DNA of 64,000 nt from Camelus ferus (taxonomy: Eukaryota): positions 26,352,001 through 26,416,000 of the forward strand of contig NC_045696.1 in the NCBI RefSeq assembly GCF_009834535.1. The letters run 5' to 3'. Of this stretch, positions 27,826 through 40,850 are shown piece after piece. Positions within the stretch are counted from its first letter, which is position 1. The number at the start of each line of letters is the position of its first letter. The translations under genes and the position numbers were made by a program. Below the pieces are notes generated by a model. The model searched no databases, had not been told where the DNA came from, and saw only the letters and a program-made list of their open reading frames with translations.

Positions 27826-30800
27826 GTATATTCAATTCATTCAACCAAATATAGAAAACCTCCTCTCAATGTAGCAAGTACATGCTAAAGCCCAAGAGTA
27901 TGTCAGATTAGTCACAAGATTGGGAATGAAAGCCAGAATTAGGATGCTTGATATAATAGTGCATGGAGAACAATTGATTGAAAATAATTCAGTGGAAGAA
28001 CAATTAGTAGAATCTGGAATCTAGGAACACATTGGGAACCAAGATGTTAAAAACAAACAAATAAAAAGGTGCTGAATTTTCCCAGAAGCCAGAAGAGGAA
28101 GATAAAATATTTTTACTACCTATATTTTCAAATGATCACAATGGGGAGTGTTCTTTTCTTACAATGTAAATTATTTAATAATTACATGTTCATCTGGTGT
28201 GTAGACTACAGATACATAACAAAAAGGAAGACTGACTGCTTTTGCTGTGCGCGTGCACACACACACACATACACACATTCAAATCTTTACTCTGTTAATA
28301 TAGTGAAAGTATATCATTTTTTCATTTTAATTTTGACACAGGCATTAATTATTGCTCTAAACAAAGTAAAGTAATACGAATTTTTATGCTGTCTTTTTAT
28401 TGATTGTAAATTAATTGCTAATCTTCTTTGAACAAAATGGGAGTTATTAAAAAATTAACGCCACCTCTTCTTGAGTAAACAATTTAACTTCTCTCTGTGA
28501 GCTAAAGGCAGACTTGGGCCATGGAGGTTAATGCATTTCCACTGTACTGCTGAATTAAAGAGTGTGCTTGAATAGTTAAGATCCCCAGTAGTGTTTGAAA
28601 GAAGCAATTAAAGGTGGGCGCTTGATGATGTCAAACAAACTTTGAGCCCTCTGTCAGGATTCTGAGTTGTCTTTCTGAGATGCAAGCTCCTGGGGGCTTG
28701 TCTGCAGCCAAGTACACAAGGAGAAAATAGGTGATGGAGTGTGCCAGCACGTTAGTCTCTTTTTCAAAACCCTTGGTTAAGGATAAAAGGAGAAGGATGG
28801 AAAAGATATGGAGTGCTCATGACCAGAAGAGATGTAATTTAAAGTTAAAGGTATAAAAATGAATGTGGTGATGACGATGATGAGAGTGTGAGCTTTAGCA
28901 ATGATATTTAGGCATTTGATACTGCTTTTCATAAACTCCAAAATGGAAACATTGTTATTTTTCTGTCAGATGACTGACTTTAATGGGAAATAAAATGTTT
29001 TACAGTACTTCGTTGGTACAGTCAAGATAGGGTTTCTCTAGGTCTTACTCCTTTGTGTCTCACTTTCTTTCCCAGTACTTAATGCAAAGAGGGAAAGACA
29101 GTGTGATGAACGCTGTGTTCTCATAGTCCAGGTAATTGGTAACTGAATCTGTTTCTTTTGAGAAGTAGAATATTCCAATACTCATTAAAACATACCTACC
29201 ACAGCCAATATCAGCCTTGTATCTCCACACAATGACAAAGAGATGCAGTTAAGAAGCATTACCTACATATTCTTCTTTTAGCATCTGCACATAATAATAA
29301 GTGCTACATTTTAGTTCAACAGCCATAATAAAATGCAAATTCTTTACTCTTTCACAGACCATATTCAAATGAACATCCCATTAAAATCCAACCTCGGCTC
29401 ATTATATTTAGTTTGTGAGTGATGCTTCTTAAATGCAGAGATTTCTAATGACTATAATGCGTGCACAGCCACATTTAAAAAATGGCTCTTTCTACAATGG
29501 CTATCCCCCATCATCCCTCTGTATAATAGAAGACAATTGTACAGAGATAATATGGCAAAGAATGACGTGCCAGAGCAATTTGAAACTTAAGGTAAAATAC
29601 ATAATGACATTTAAAATCAATTAAAGTGGTGGAACGGCAGTAACATCCAGGCACTAATGATTTACCCGAGAATCAATTGTGGAAGGTTGAGTCATCAATA
29701 CACTTACATTTTGAACCCGGCAGATACTATATTCCATGAACTCCCATATTTCATCAACAATTAGATTCATGTTCATCACAGAATTTTAATTCTACATCTT
29801 CTGCTTTGTTTTATTCTGTTTGGTCATCAGTTTCTCTTCCCAGTCTCACTTTTCCTTCACCCCTCATCTAACGTGAATGAATGTTGTTTACAGTGTAAGC
29901 CAGTGGGGCTCAACCACAGGGAGGATTTTTGATTTACATCTTACTGATCTTGCGGTTGTTGTCAAGGTATAATCACAGAGTCAGTTTTGTGCCTTTGACA
30001 TCTAAAAAAGGAGAGCCTTGATTAGATTATCAACTATTTCTCGAAGTATTTTGCAGCTCTCCAGTGAGTAATGAAAACATTTTAAGTAATCAACAAATGA
30101 CAAATTTAAGTATGCTTTCATAAGAGTTATATATTAGATTAGATCAATGACCTCTTTCAGCTCTAAATTACAATGATTCCATAGGTATTGTTTTTTTTTT
30201 TTGTCTTTAATGATGCAATTTCATACCATTCACTGTTACACTGCTACAGTTTTAATATAACTGAATATACCCATTAAAAGGAAAGATTTAGTTTTCCTTT
30301 AAAAAAACTTTTTTCTTCACTTTTTTCCATGTCTCTAAAAATAAAGGAATGGTTGCCCCCCTGTTACCTCAGTGCTTGTTTACTCCTGGGTGCATTTTAT
30401 TGTTTGAAATATAGTTTATTGACGACAGACAGGACAACTGCATTACTGATCTCTGAATGTTTACAGGATTCTAAAAAATTCTGTCCTGGGTTGACCACAT
30501 CTAACTCTGACTCAGTGAAGCCCCAACATAAACTGGAGTTAAAAGATAAGAAAGAGTATTGCTGTGGAGGCAAGAAAGAAAAAAAAACCTAAATTTTACC
30601 AAACAAATAGCATTTAGTTATAAAAATATAATAAAAATCTCTGAATCACTATTATGCATTATGTGAGTTTATTTTAATATTTTATGTGTACATGTAATTG
30701 ACTTTAATGTATACTTTGGAAGGCTGATACATCACATTTTAGAAATCAAATATTGCCTTGTTAAGATTGATTAATTATTCTACAAATTAATTAAAACAAT

Positions 30801-30828
30801 TTAATTCTCTCCCTCCTATGCACACTAG

Positions 30829-30910
30829 ATTTCTGACACTGGCACTTACACTTGTGTGGCCACAAGTTCAAGTGGGGAGACTTCCTGGAGTGCTGTGCTG
30901 GATGTGACAG
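30829..30910 (+). CDS. ROBO2: ROBO2 exon (~10), end of Ig5: ISDTGTYTCVATSSSGETSWSAVLDVT
   Basis: Acceptor ctccctcctatgcacactag, donor CAG|gtgaat, 82 nt, phase 0 to 1. DTGTYTC motif. Confidence 0.96.
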
Positions 30911-31349
30911 GTGAATTCTTTATGAATTATTATTACTATAGAAGAAATGTTGAGCCAATTTGAGTGATTAGCTCATTATCAAATAACAAGTTAAGGAGAG
31001 ATCAAGATTTTAATTCATTGAATGTAAAAACTAGGCTTTATGCCACTTTTTAATTTCAATACCACTTTGGTCTATAGCATTGCATATATGAAATTTAATA
31101 CATTTGTCCTTGATAACCTTGTTATTTTATTTCTCTGTCTAGTGAACAAACACTTCAGTGATTATATGTGAAAGTAAATATTTACTAGTATGTAAGGAAA
31201 AGCAAGTATTCACTTAGATACTTTTGACTCATGAAAATGAATTGTTTACTGTCTAGTACAAATTCTTTAATAGACTGTTTTCCCTCTCATAAGCATTATT
31301 GTCAGCTTTTGCAATCAGAAATGAAGCTTTTTCTGTTTGTCCTCTATAG

Positions 31350-31512
31350 AGTCTGGAGCAACAATCAGTAAAAATTATGATTTAAATGACCTGCCTGGAC
31401 CACCATCCAAACCACAGGTCACAGATGTTACTAAGAACAGTGTCACCTTGTCCTGGCAACCAGGTACCCCTGGAACCCTCCCAGCAAGTGCATATATCAT
31501 TGAGGCTTTCAG
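31350..31512 (+). CDS. ROBO2: ROBO2 exon (~11), linker and start of FN3-1: (E)SGATISKNYDLNDLPGPPSKPQVTDVTKNSVTLSWQPGTPGTLPASAYIIEAF
   Basis: Acceptor ttctgtttgtcctctatag, donor CAG|gtatgg, 163 nt, phase 1 to 2. Overlaps ORF 31337..31555. Confidence 0.97.
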
Positions 31513-33120
31513 GTATGGGACAGTTCCTTTTTTCTCCATTGGGTTTTTGCTTTAGCTCCTTTATCCTAAAATCTCAAGTGAGCTATTGTACTGTTTTATT
31601 TTAAAGACACTTTTAATCAGTGCATTTTAAGAATATATCTTTTATATCTGACTTTATTCAAGGTTCGACTTTAGCTGTATTTTTCATTCATGACTTAATT
31701 ATAAGGTTAAATATGTATTACCCATGCCTAAGTCTGTAGGGATGTATTTATGACATAATCGCTTGGCTCTTTCCTTTACCCTGACCATTGGGATTTAAGA
31801 TGAGAATTTTGGCTTTACACTAAGCAGAAAGCAATTTAAATTAGGCACAGGCACTTTTTAAGTTATGCAACATTTATTGAGGCATGGAACCTTGGAAATT
31901 TGCTTGCTAATAATTAGAGCGGAATTTAAAATAATTCCAATATTTTTATGCTATATATTTGAATACATATATTGGCTATGCCTAAGAGAAAATTAAAAAC
32001 TGCAAGTAAGGGATTGATTACATGTACTTGTGACTGCTGAACAGAAAAGACAGGTCCAATTGTTATTTGAAAGTATTGCCATCAATTTAAGGATATAGAC
32101 TATAAATTGGCAAATACCATTATAAAATTGTCTTATGAGAATTTGATGAAATAGATATACAAATAGGAAAATGTAGCTTTATTGTCAGTTTCAATGTTTC
32201 TGTTTGCCATTATAAATATAGTGATAACTGTTCTTTTTAAGCATTAGGACAAATCATCACTTTTATTTTAGGCTTCCCTGATTTAATAAAGTTAATGACC
32301 AATGCATAGTTTTCAAATTTCAAAGTAGTATTTTTTCCTATAATTTTCATGCTTTGATGCGTAAGGACTTCTGAAAAATAAGCAGGCAGCCCTAAAAAAA
32401 ATCACATTGTCTCCTCATTCTAAACAAAAGCAGCATTTGACCTTAGACAAAATGTTACAAACTGGCAACCTATCTGTAAATGGCTGTTAAGGGGGTCCAC
32501 ACATAAGAGTCAGAGATATTTCACCGTTCTGAGATGAGAAATCACAATGCTGTGTAATGTACAATTTTATTAAAACTGTGACCGAGGGAAAATATTCATT
32601 ACATGCTTCCTTTCTTCTTTTACAGATATGTAGTTTTAGAAGGCTCTATTATAATATTGCATGTGGAATTGATGCAAAAGAAAACACAGCTTGTAACAGG
32701 AAAATGTATTGGCATAACTTACTCTGTAGTCCATTTATTCTTTCTACAGGTTAATTCTTTTCAAGGTATATATATACATTTACGAGGACCATATTTATTG
32801 TATAAACTTGATGTTGTGATCTTGGCCTCTGTTCCTTTTACAGGTATTCATTTAGTGGGCTGCTGTGCTTTAGCAAAGGGCTATCACATCTCCTGGGCTG
32901 AGTTTAATTTTGTTGTGCATGGCACTTCCGTTAGGTGGGCTCGGCTTTGTTGTTGAATAAACTGAAACCATCCAAATGTTTCATTTATTGGGCTGAACAC
33001 TTCAAGCGTTGTGTGTGTGTGTGTTTAATTTTCAGCCATTAACCTTTGTCATTGATACCCAACTCCATTTCCAAGATCCTTATGACTGCTCTTTAAATGA
33101 AATTTCTGTTCATGTTTCAG

Positions 33121-33287
33121 CCAATCGGTGAGCAATAGCTGGCAAACAGTGGCAAACCATGTAAAGACCACCCTCTATACAGTGAGAGGACTGCGGCCCA
33201 ATACAATTTATTTATTCATGGTCAGAGCAATCAACCCCCAAGGTCTCAGCGACCCAAGTGCTATGTCAGATCCTGTGCGCACACAAG
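33121..33287 (+). CDS. ROBO2: ROBO2 exon (~12), FN3-1: (S)QSVSNSWQTVANHVKTTLYTVRGLRPNTIYLFMVRAINPQGLSDPSAMSDPVRTQ
   Basis: Acceptor ctgttcatgtttcag, donor AAG|gtaatt, 167 nt, phase 2 to 1. L-x-P-x-T-x-Y FN3 tyrosine corner. Confidence 0.97.
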
Positions 33288-33706
33288 GTAATTTCAATAG
33301 CTGTAAACAAGACTGGCTCTAGAAGGAGGCATTAAATAGATCTTTAAGGACAAAGGAATTGTAGGACATAAGATAAATGCGTCCGCATTGCTCATTATAA
33401 TGTTTCGACTGACCTGATCTAGTGAGAGAGAAGAGAACTTGCTGTTCACCTTGTTGAGTATGTCGCCTTTCTGGAGCTATTTAGGGTCTACTTAGTAACA
33501 AAAAAGGAAGAAAATAAGTGGGAACAATTACACAGTAAACGTGGATCAACTAAGTTAGGGCTTTGCACTATTTCAAAGGGAGGAAAAATGTTTCTTCTTC
33601 TTTGAAATTAATTATACAATAGCAAAAAGTAATCTTTAATGGATAAGATGCCCAGTTAGAGATATCAAAATTACTACCTGCGGTTCAGGAGTTGTGTTTT
33701 TATAGT

Positions 33707-33876
33707 GCTATGGGGCTCAAGGTGTGGTTCCCACAGAAGCAGCATCTGCATCACCTGGGACCACATTAGAAATGCAAGTTCTCAGGCCCTAACTCGGAAG
33801 CTCTCAGCTGCAGCCCAGCAGTCTGTTACAGTGCCCTCCAGGGAATGCTGATGCTCAGGTTTGACAAGCATCGCTA
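33707..33876. mobile_element. MER5A-like hAT non-autonomous DNA transposon
   Basis: ctcaaggtgtggttccc...gcagcatctgcatcacctggga...ttagaaatgcaagttctcaggccc...ccctccagggaatgctgatgc...tttgacaagcatcg. Confidence 0.8.
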
Positions 33877-36421
33877 CAGTGTATTTTATTAAACCACATG
33901 TTTAAAGGAAAAGTTTGTTTCAGAAAGCAGTAAATCAAGCTTGCTTTCAGAGGTATGCAGTTCTTTTGACTAACTAAAAAAAAACTCCACTCAGAATATT
34001 ATCATATAAGTTTTAAATGGAAGATTTCTAATCTCATCTTTAGTAGCCTGTCTCTTCAAACTAAGTCCAGGGGTTAATATGGAATGTTGAATTATAATTT
34101 CCCTTCTTACTGGTAGAGGAGAAGAATGAATAAAATAGAAATGGTGGCTTTATTATTTGTTAAAACTTACTTCCCACAGGGTTCTTAAGAAAGGGTTAAT
34201 TATTTCTTATTTGTAAGGCTTTGAACAAGATATAATTCAAAGTAGTATTTTTATGCTATGAAAAGCACCATACAGCCATAAAATATATTATAATTACAAT
34301 GTAGTTCTGTGATAGTAACTAGCATGCTATTATAACAGAGAAGGGTGCCTTAAAGGAATCAAGTCAAATAAAGTCACCACGTGATTTTGCAACGTTGCTG
34401 ACATGATGACAGTCAAGGGAGGAGGGGATGCCACTTTGCTATTGTTCTCTGAGCAGTAATGTGATTAATTTTCCATGATGATAAAGGGCCTGTAGGTAAA
34501 GAACCTGTCTCAAGAGAAAGAAAAAGTACAACAGGGAATTTGAAGATCTGAAATGGGTTCTGTTTTACCTTGCCTGGATCCAGTTGCGTTTAGTGCATCT
34601 GAATTTAATGAGTAAATTAAATTATTGAACTTGAAAAGGAAGAGGTGTGTGATTTTAAGTCAAGAAATTGTAGTACCCAGATCCTTTCCACCTGTATAGA
34701 TAGAGAGAGTTTTTGTGCGGAGCTGCTACGGCAGGTGGGGAGATCACAGTGGGAGGACTTGGGTGTGATTAAATCCCATGACCTTCCTAATCTCTCAGTA
34801 ACAGTGCCAGTCACTAAATCTTGACTCCTAATATAACTTCTTGGTGAAAAGGTCAAAAAAGATTAATGAAAAGTTGTTTGTGATTTGGCTTGTGCCAGTC
34901 GAGAGACTATATAGAGTGGAAGACTTATGTTCTCTTAACAGATATTTAATAGGAAAACTCATGTTTTGTGTCTGAACGTCAGAATCATTTTTGACATGAC
35001 ACTTTCAGCAGCTTTGTGTTCTGCAAAGCACTTCTTTGCAAAGAACAGTGTGCTGTGTGAGGTCTTATTTTTCAAAGATATTACATATTATAGGATTTAG
35101 AAATTTCTTATTTTAGTAAGGCAGCAAATATTTGTACCATCAACATTACAGTAGACCATAGATGTACCAGCAGATTGATATTATTCATATAATATTAATA
35201 TATATACATATATATGTATGTTTTCTAAGTCAAGTAAAACTCCACTGTTCACGCTAATGATGAAAAAAACGTGGAACTAGAAAAGATTAACAAAATGCGG
35301 TTTCCAGTTATTTGTGTCCCAGTTTAAGTTAGTGCTCCCAATTTAAGTTATGGCTGTAGTTTAAGTGAGATGTGCACTTAAAAATATTTTTGCGAGTGTG
35401 GCATTGTGGCTCGAGAAAATAGGATAAAACAAGATTAAGAAAATAAATCATTTTAAATTGGACTTCCTTCCTTAAATAAGGTGATTGAAGAAAAAAATAT
35501 CAATATTGCAGTGTACCAGTTAAAGAAATTGATTTGAGTATGTGTGAAATTGTTTTTGATATCAGTTTGATGGACTTGGATGTCTATAATTTATCTTTTT
35601 TTTTTTTTCCTTAATGGGTACATAGAATCTAAACCATTGTATGGAAAACAGAGTAGTATTTAGGTAAATGGTGAATAGCGGGGCAGACCAGTATATGGCT
35701 GAGTATATCATTCTCAGCATCACAGTTCTTCTCCCTCCCACCTCCCCACCATCACTTCCAAAACGCAGCTGCATTATTTTTTGTTAGATATTGGAGAACT
35801 GTTCAGAACTTACTACATAGAACATTTTATCAGTCTTTTAAATTGGTCAGTCAAAAATATTTTTGTGAATTTGGGAGGATTCTTCCCCTTCTTACCCTCA
35901 CTTTGTTTACCTTTAGTAACATAATTCACTTCCCAGTCCGCCTGATTGCTTTCCCTTCCACACTCCCAGACTGAAATAGGTCAAGGAGGAGGAACACACA
36001 CCCTACAAATTGGGGAAAGGGATTGAACAAATTCCTAAACAGCAATTTTCAGGTCTGGCCCCATTAACTGCTTAGGAGAGTCCTTCAATATGCCAACATT
36101 CATAGAAAACTGAGGTTTCTAAAGAAATCTTACAGCACATACTTTATTCTTTAAGAAGAAATAATAGATCTTTTACAATTATATACTGAAGTTAGAATGA
36201 GGAATTGCAAACACTCTTATTAGTATTATTTTAGTGAAGATAAATATCACCTCTCAAATTATATCCTAGTATATGGTAAAGACCATGTATTTTAATGCTG
36301 TTCATCACAAAGGGTTTTTTATTGTTGCTGCTGTATTTCTAATGGCATAATACTGGCTTATATAATATATATTGGAATTTCACTATGAACTTTTAAAAAT
36401 TGGGACTGGTTATCCCTGTAG

Positions 36422-36543
36422 ATATCAGCCCACCAGCACAAGGAGTGGACCACAGACAAGTACAGAAAGAACTAGGAGACGTCATTGTTCGCCTTCACAC
36501 TCCGGTCGTACTGACTCCCACCACTGTTCAAGTCACGTGGACG
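36422..36543 (+). CDS. ROBO2: ROBO2 exon (~13), start of FN3-2: (D)ISPPAQGVDHRQVQKELGDVIVRLHTPVVLTPTTVQVTWT
   Basis: Acceptor ttatccctgtag, donor ACG|gtaagt, 122 nt, phase 1 to 0. The ORF track reads this region in the wrong frame. Confidence 0.96.
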
Positions 36544-36774
36544 GTAAGTTTTTAAAAATAATCTTAATGCTAGTCTCTTTTATTCATTTAAGAAAACAAA
36601 CTAAAAAGGAAAAGGCAAATAAACTAACCAAAAAAAAATAGTAGTAAAATCCTCACCATTTAAAATCAAGGTGTCATCAATGGCAAAAAAGGAAAAAAAA
36701 TTAAAAGATAAAAGAGTATGTACATAGAGTAAAAGTAGATAGCAGTATAAACATAATATGTTCTGTCTTATGAA

Positions 36775-37760
36775 CTTTTAAACCACCCTATTAATATATA
36801 ATTAACAAACCAGAGTTAAAGTGTACAACTCAATATTTTTTGGTATCTTTGCAGTTGTGCAATCACCAGAATCTGATTTTAGAACATCATCCCAAGATGA
36901 ATCCTTTTCCCCATTAGCAGTCACTCCACCGTTCCTCCTACGTTAGCCCTTTGCAACCACTAATCTGCTGTCTGTATAAATTTACCTATTTCTTTCATAT
37001 GAATGAAATCATGTACTATGTGACCTTTCGTGTCTGGCTTCTTTCACTCAGCTTGATGTTTTTGAGGTCCATCCATGTTGCAGCATTTATCAGTACTTTG
37101 TTCCACAGTATAGATATATCACATACATCTGTTTATCCATTTATCAGCTGATTCATCTGTGAGTTCTTTCCACTTTGAGCTATGATGAATGATGGTGCGA
37201 TGAACACTTGTGTACAAGTCGACATATATTTTCATATCTCTTGGCATATACTTAGGAATTGTTGAATTAAGCTCTCTGTTTAGCATTTGGATAAACTGCC
37301 AAAATGTTTTCCAAAGTGTTTTCACAATCTTATGCTTCCACCAGCAGTATTTGAAGATTTCAATTTCTTCCAATCCTTGCCAGTTTCTCCCACATCCTCA
37401 CCAATATTTACCATCCTCTTTTTGATTATTGCCATTCTAGTGGATATGCAGTGGTATATCACTGTGGTTTTGATTTGCATTTTTAATGACTAATGAATTT
37501 TGACTCTTTCATGTGCTTCTTGAACATTTGGATATTTTCTTTAGAGAAATGTCTTTTTAAAATCTTCTCATTTTTAAATTGAGTTGTTTGTCTTCTTAGC
37601 ATAGTCTTTTGTAAGAGTTCTTTATATATCAGATACAAATTCTTTATCAGATACACAATTTGTAAATACTTTCTACCAGTCTGTGGGATGTTTTGTACTT
37701 TCTTAAGGATGTCATCTGAAACACAAAAATATTCTAATTTTGATGAAGTTTTCTTCTGAA
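36775..37760 (-). mobile_element. LINE-1 3' portion (L1M-type; 3' UTR and ORF2 end), degenerate
   Basis: gtctggcttctttcactcagc...atccatgttgcagc...gtggtatatcactgtggttttgatttgcattt. ORF 37119..37373 (-) has ORF2-like CWW..K.V..LWKT.W residues. Confidence 0.9.
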
Positions 37761-40679
37761 TTTAAATTAATCATCTTTACATTCTTTTAGCTGAACCTCC
37801 TCCATGCAGTACCAAGCAAAAATATATAATTTTAAAAATTTTGCATATGTAGTAAAAAAATTAATATGTTTTAAGAAATAAATTGATATTTTAATATATG
37901 CTAAGAATGTTCAATTCCATGCATTATTAAATATCAACCTGCCAATGTTATTTCAGAATGCAAAATGTTTTCACCTCATGATAGCCACTGCAGTGAAAAC
38001 AATAAATAGCATAAAAATAGCCATATTTCTCATATTAGAGACTATTAACCCTTGTACATGGGTTTGTGTCTATGTGTGTGTCTGTGTTTTGTGAAAAGCC
38101 TGATAATGGTCTTCCTTGTGCATAATACCAGGTAGTGTCAACTTCTCATTTCTTGCCTGAGACTTCTCTATTATAGCCTCTGAAAATCCTAAGGAAATAT
38201 ATCGGGATAATAAAAACTCTCTCTATATGTGGTAGATCATGTGTACTGTACAGGTAATGGTCACTTGAGTTAGTGATATCTAGAAGAATTTCACTTTAAC
38301 TACATTGGCAAGAAAGTGTGTATAATTATGTCTCTGTTATTGTTGTTGACGGTATTGTTCTTGTGGTAGGAGAAGAATGACTGTAAGTCAAAAACAATGG
38401 ATTTTTTCCCCCACTTAGTGTCCAAATTTTTTAAGGAAATAACTATTTCATCCATTTCCATCAATTCCTTTAACCCGGAAGTTGAGAAAAGAAAACTGAT
38501 TATTTTTTATTAGTTCTTAATTATGTTTGAAATACAAAACACAGTGAAGAAAATTATGTCAGTATCCTTTTAATAATAAATCCATTGAAAAAATTCAGTT
38601 CAACAAGCATTTTTTGAGGCCCAATTTTTTACTAGATGTGGAGGAATGCTATATAAAGAGACAGAAATCTACTTGAGAAAAATGTGGAAATTTTTAATGA
38701 TGGTACACAGAAAGTAAGAGCCATAGCTGACATATACACATCTTACAAACAAAGATCAATCAAAGAGGAAGTGAGTAGTTCTATCCTCAGGTATCAGAAA
38801 CCGAATTACCACTTACCTACATCTATATGCGGAAATATGGAGGCATGACTGTATTAGAACAGTAGAAACTAAATTAACATTTAAGGCTGTTTAGTTCAAA
38901 TCTATAATTATATAAAATGAACAATGCAGACAGGTTGAGCAATGTTCCCACATCTAATTATAGGTAAAGATAGGATTAGAATTTACTTAATCTAAATCTG
39001 CTTTTTGTGTTTTTCACTTTAAACATAAACTGTAGACAAATATTAGTTCAAAGAAATGCCTTTTAATAGTTGAATTTCAACATATGATCCTGGAGTTAGC
39101 CTGTGAGTACAAAACTGGATAATGCTTTAACAAAAATAAAACTAAATTTATAATGTTTTAAGGGTAATTATGATTATCTAAGATGACATTGTTTCTAATT
39201 TTATTTTGGATATAATTTCACATAGACAGATTCTGTTTTCTGCATAGAATGGTTTCTATTCTTCTGCTCCCATGAAGGGAACATAATGACCTCATCATTT
39301 TTCCAGTGGCAGAGGAAGCGTATTATCTGCCATGCCTCTTCCATCTTTCTGTAGCTTTGGTGAGATACAAAACTAACAAAGCCAAGGAAGTGGTTATATT
39401 TTTTAATAACAGATTTTCCGTCGTTCTCAATTGAAAAAGTCTTCTCTGCTTTGTTATGAGTTTTGAAGAGGCTTCTTTTTTAAGCTGCTTCTAAATGTGG
39501 GAATTATTTGGGTAAGAATCGAAGTCATTATGTTTATGAAGTTAATCACTCTTAAAGTCACAGAGTTTGAAAGAATAAATCAAATCAAATCAAAATTGCA
39601 GGTCAGTAGTCTGGGAGTTCTTCCAAGAGAAGGACCTTGTCATATTCATCTCTATATCCCAAGAAATTTGTCATTACTGATTTGCATAGCTCTCTCCCTC
39701 ATGAACTTGACTTTGGTAAGTCTGAAGTTCATGCTTTCGTTTCTGTTTTTTCAGAGCAGAGCATTTATTATGAACTACTTTTTCAATAACTGTCTGTTGA
39801 ATGATCAAATCAAGTTGTTTTCATACATTTTAATTTTTTTTTACTCTTAAAAAAGAAAGTGTTCAATTGTATCACAAATTTCCCGTGAATTTGTAGTTAC
39901 ACGTGCTATAAATATGAATGTATTTGAGAGATAAATTTAGTGAAATAAAGTTAGGCTAGAGGTTTGATCCGTTGCCAAAGAAATTATAACTAAATATTTT
40001 ATGTTTGTGTCTTATTTTCAGCTTACCAAATGTATATGTTCTTTAAGTTCTCACATTGTTAGTATTTGAGTTACAAACACGTTGATGTTTGAGGGAAGAA
40101 ATACATTCCCTGCCTATGTATTTAGACTGGGGACCAGATGATGTGGTTTGTCAGGAGTTGGCAGGATTCTGTTACCAGACACATAGGACATTTAGATGGG
40201 CAAGACCATCCTCCTGGCCCACAGTCTAATCTTGAAGCATCAGTAGTTAGCAAAGGCTGCTTTCTCAAAATGACTGCTCTTGTGAGGGTAGGCAAAAATG
40301 ATGAAAATGATTGTTTCATGAAGAAAATAGCAATGAATCTCTTATTTTAAAATGATTATTCTAATCTGTGTGTGTGTGTGTGTTCTGTTTTTATTAAAGG
40401 ACAGAAGGAATGACAGGCCCCTTGCCCCTTAAACATCACAGCTACTGGTATTTCAGAACTTAGTTAAATACAGATCAGTTCCTTAGCAGCCTAAGCCCAC
40501 CAAAGAAAACTCACTTTGAATTTTCAGTATAGATGGAAATTTTTTTAATTGAAAAGATAGATATTGAGCATCTCAGTTTTAAACCTTTTAATGAAAGTGC
40601 TGATTGAGGACCACATACCAGCCCCCTTGTTTAGCATCTTCCTTACTTAACAGTGGTGCTTTATCATTGCGCATCTCTA

Positions 40680-40850
40680 AGACTTGCAGAGTGCTTTAAA
40701 CAATGTTGATCATTTAATTGCTTCTGTGCCCTTGTAATATGGACATTATTTGAGCAAACTGAGTAAACTGAGGCTCAGAAAGTTTAAAAGGCTAAGCCTC
40801 AACTGAGACTTTACAACTTGAAGACAAACTCTCTTCATTCCATGTTTTGC
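40680..40850 (-). mobile_element. MIR remnant
   Basis: gtgcttta...catttaatt...gagtaaactgaggctcagaaagtttaa. Confidence 0.55.
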
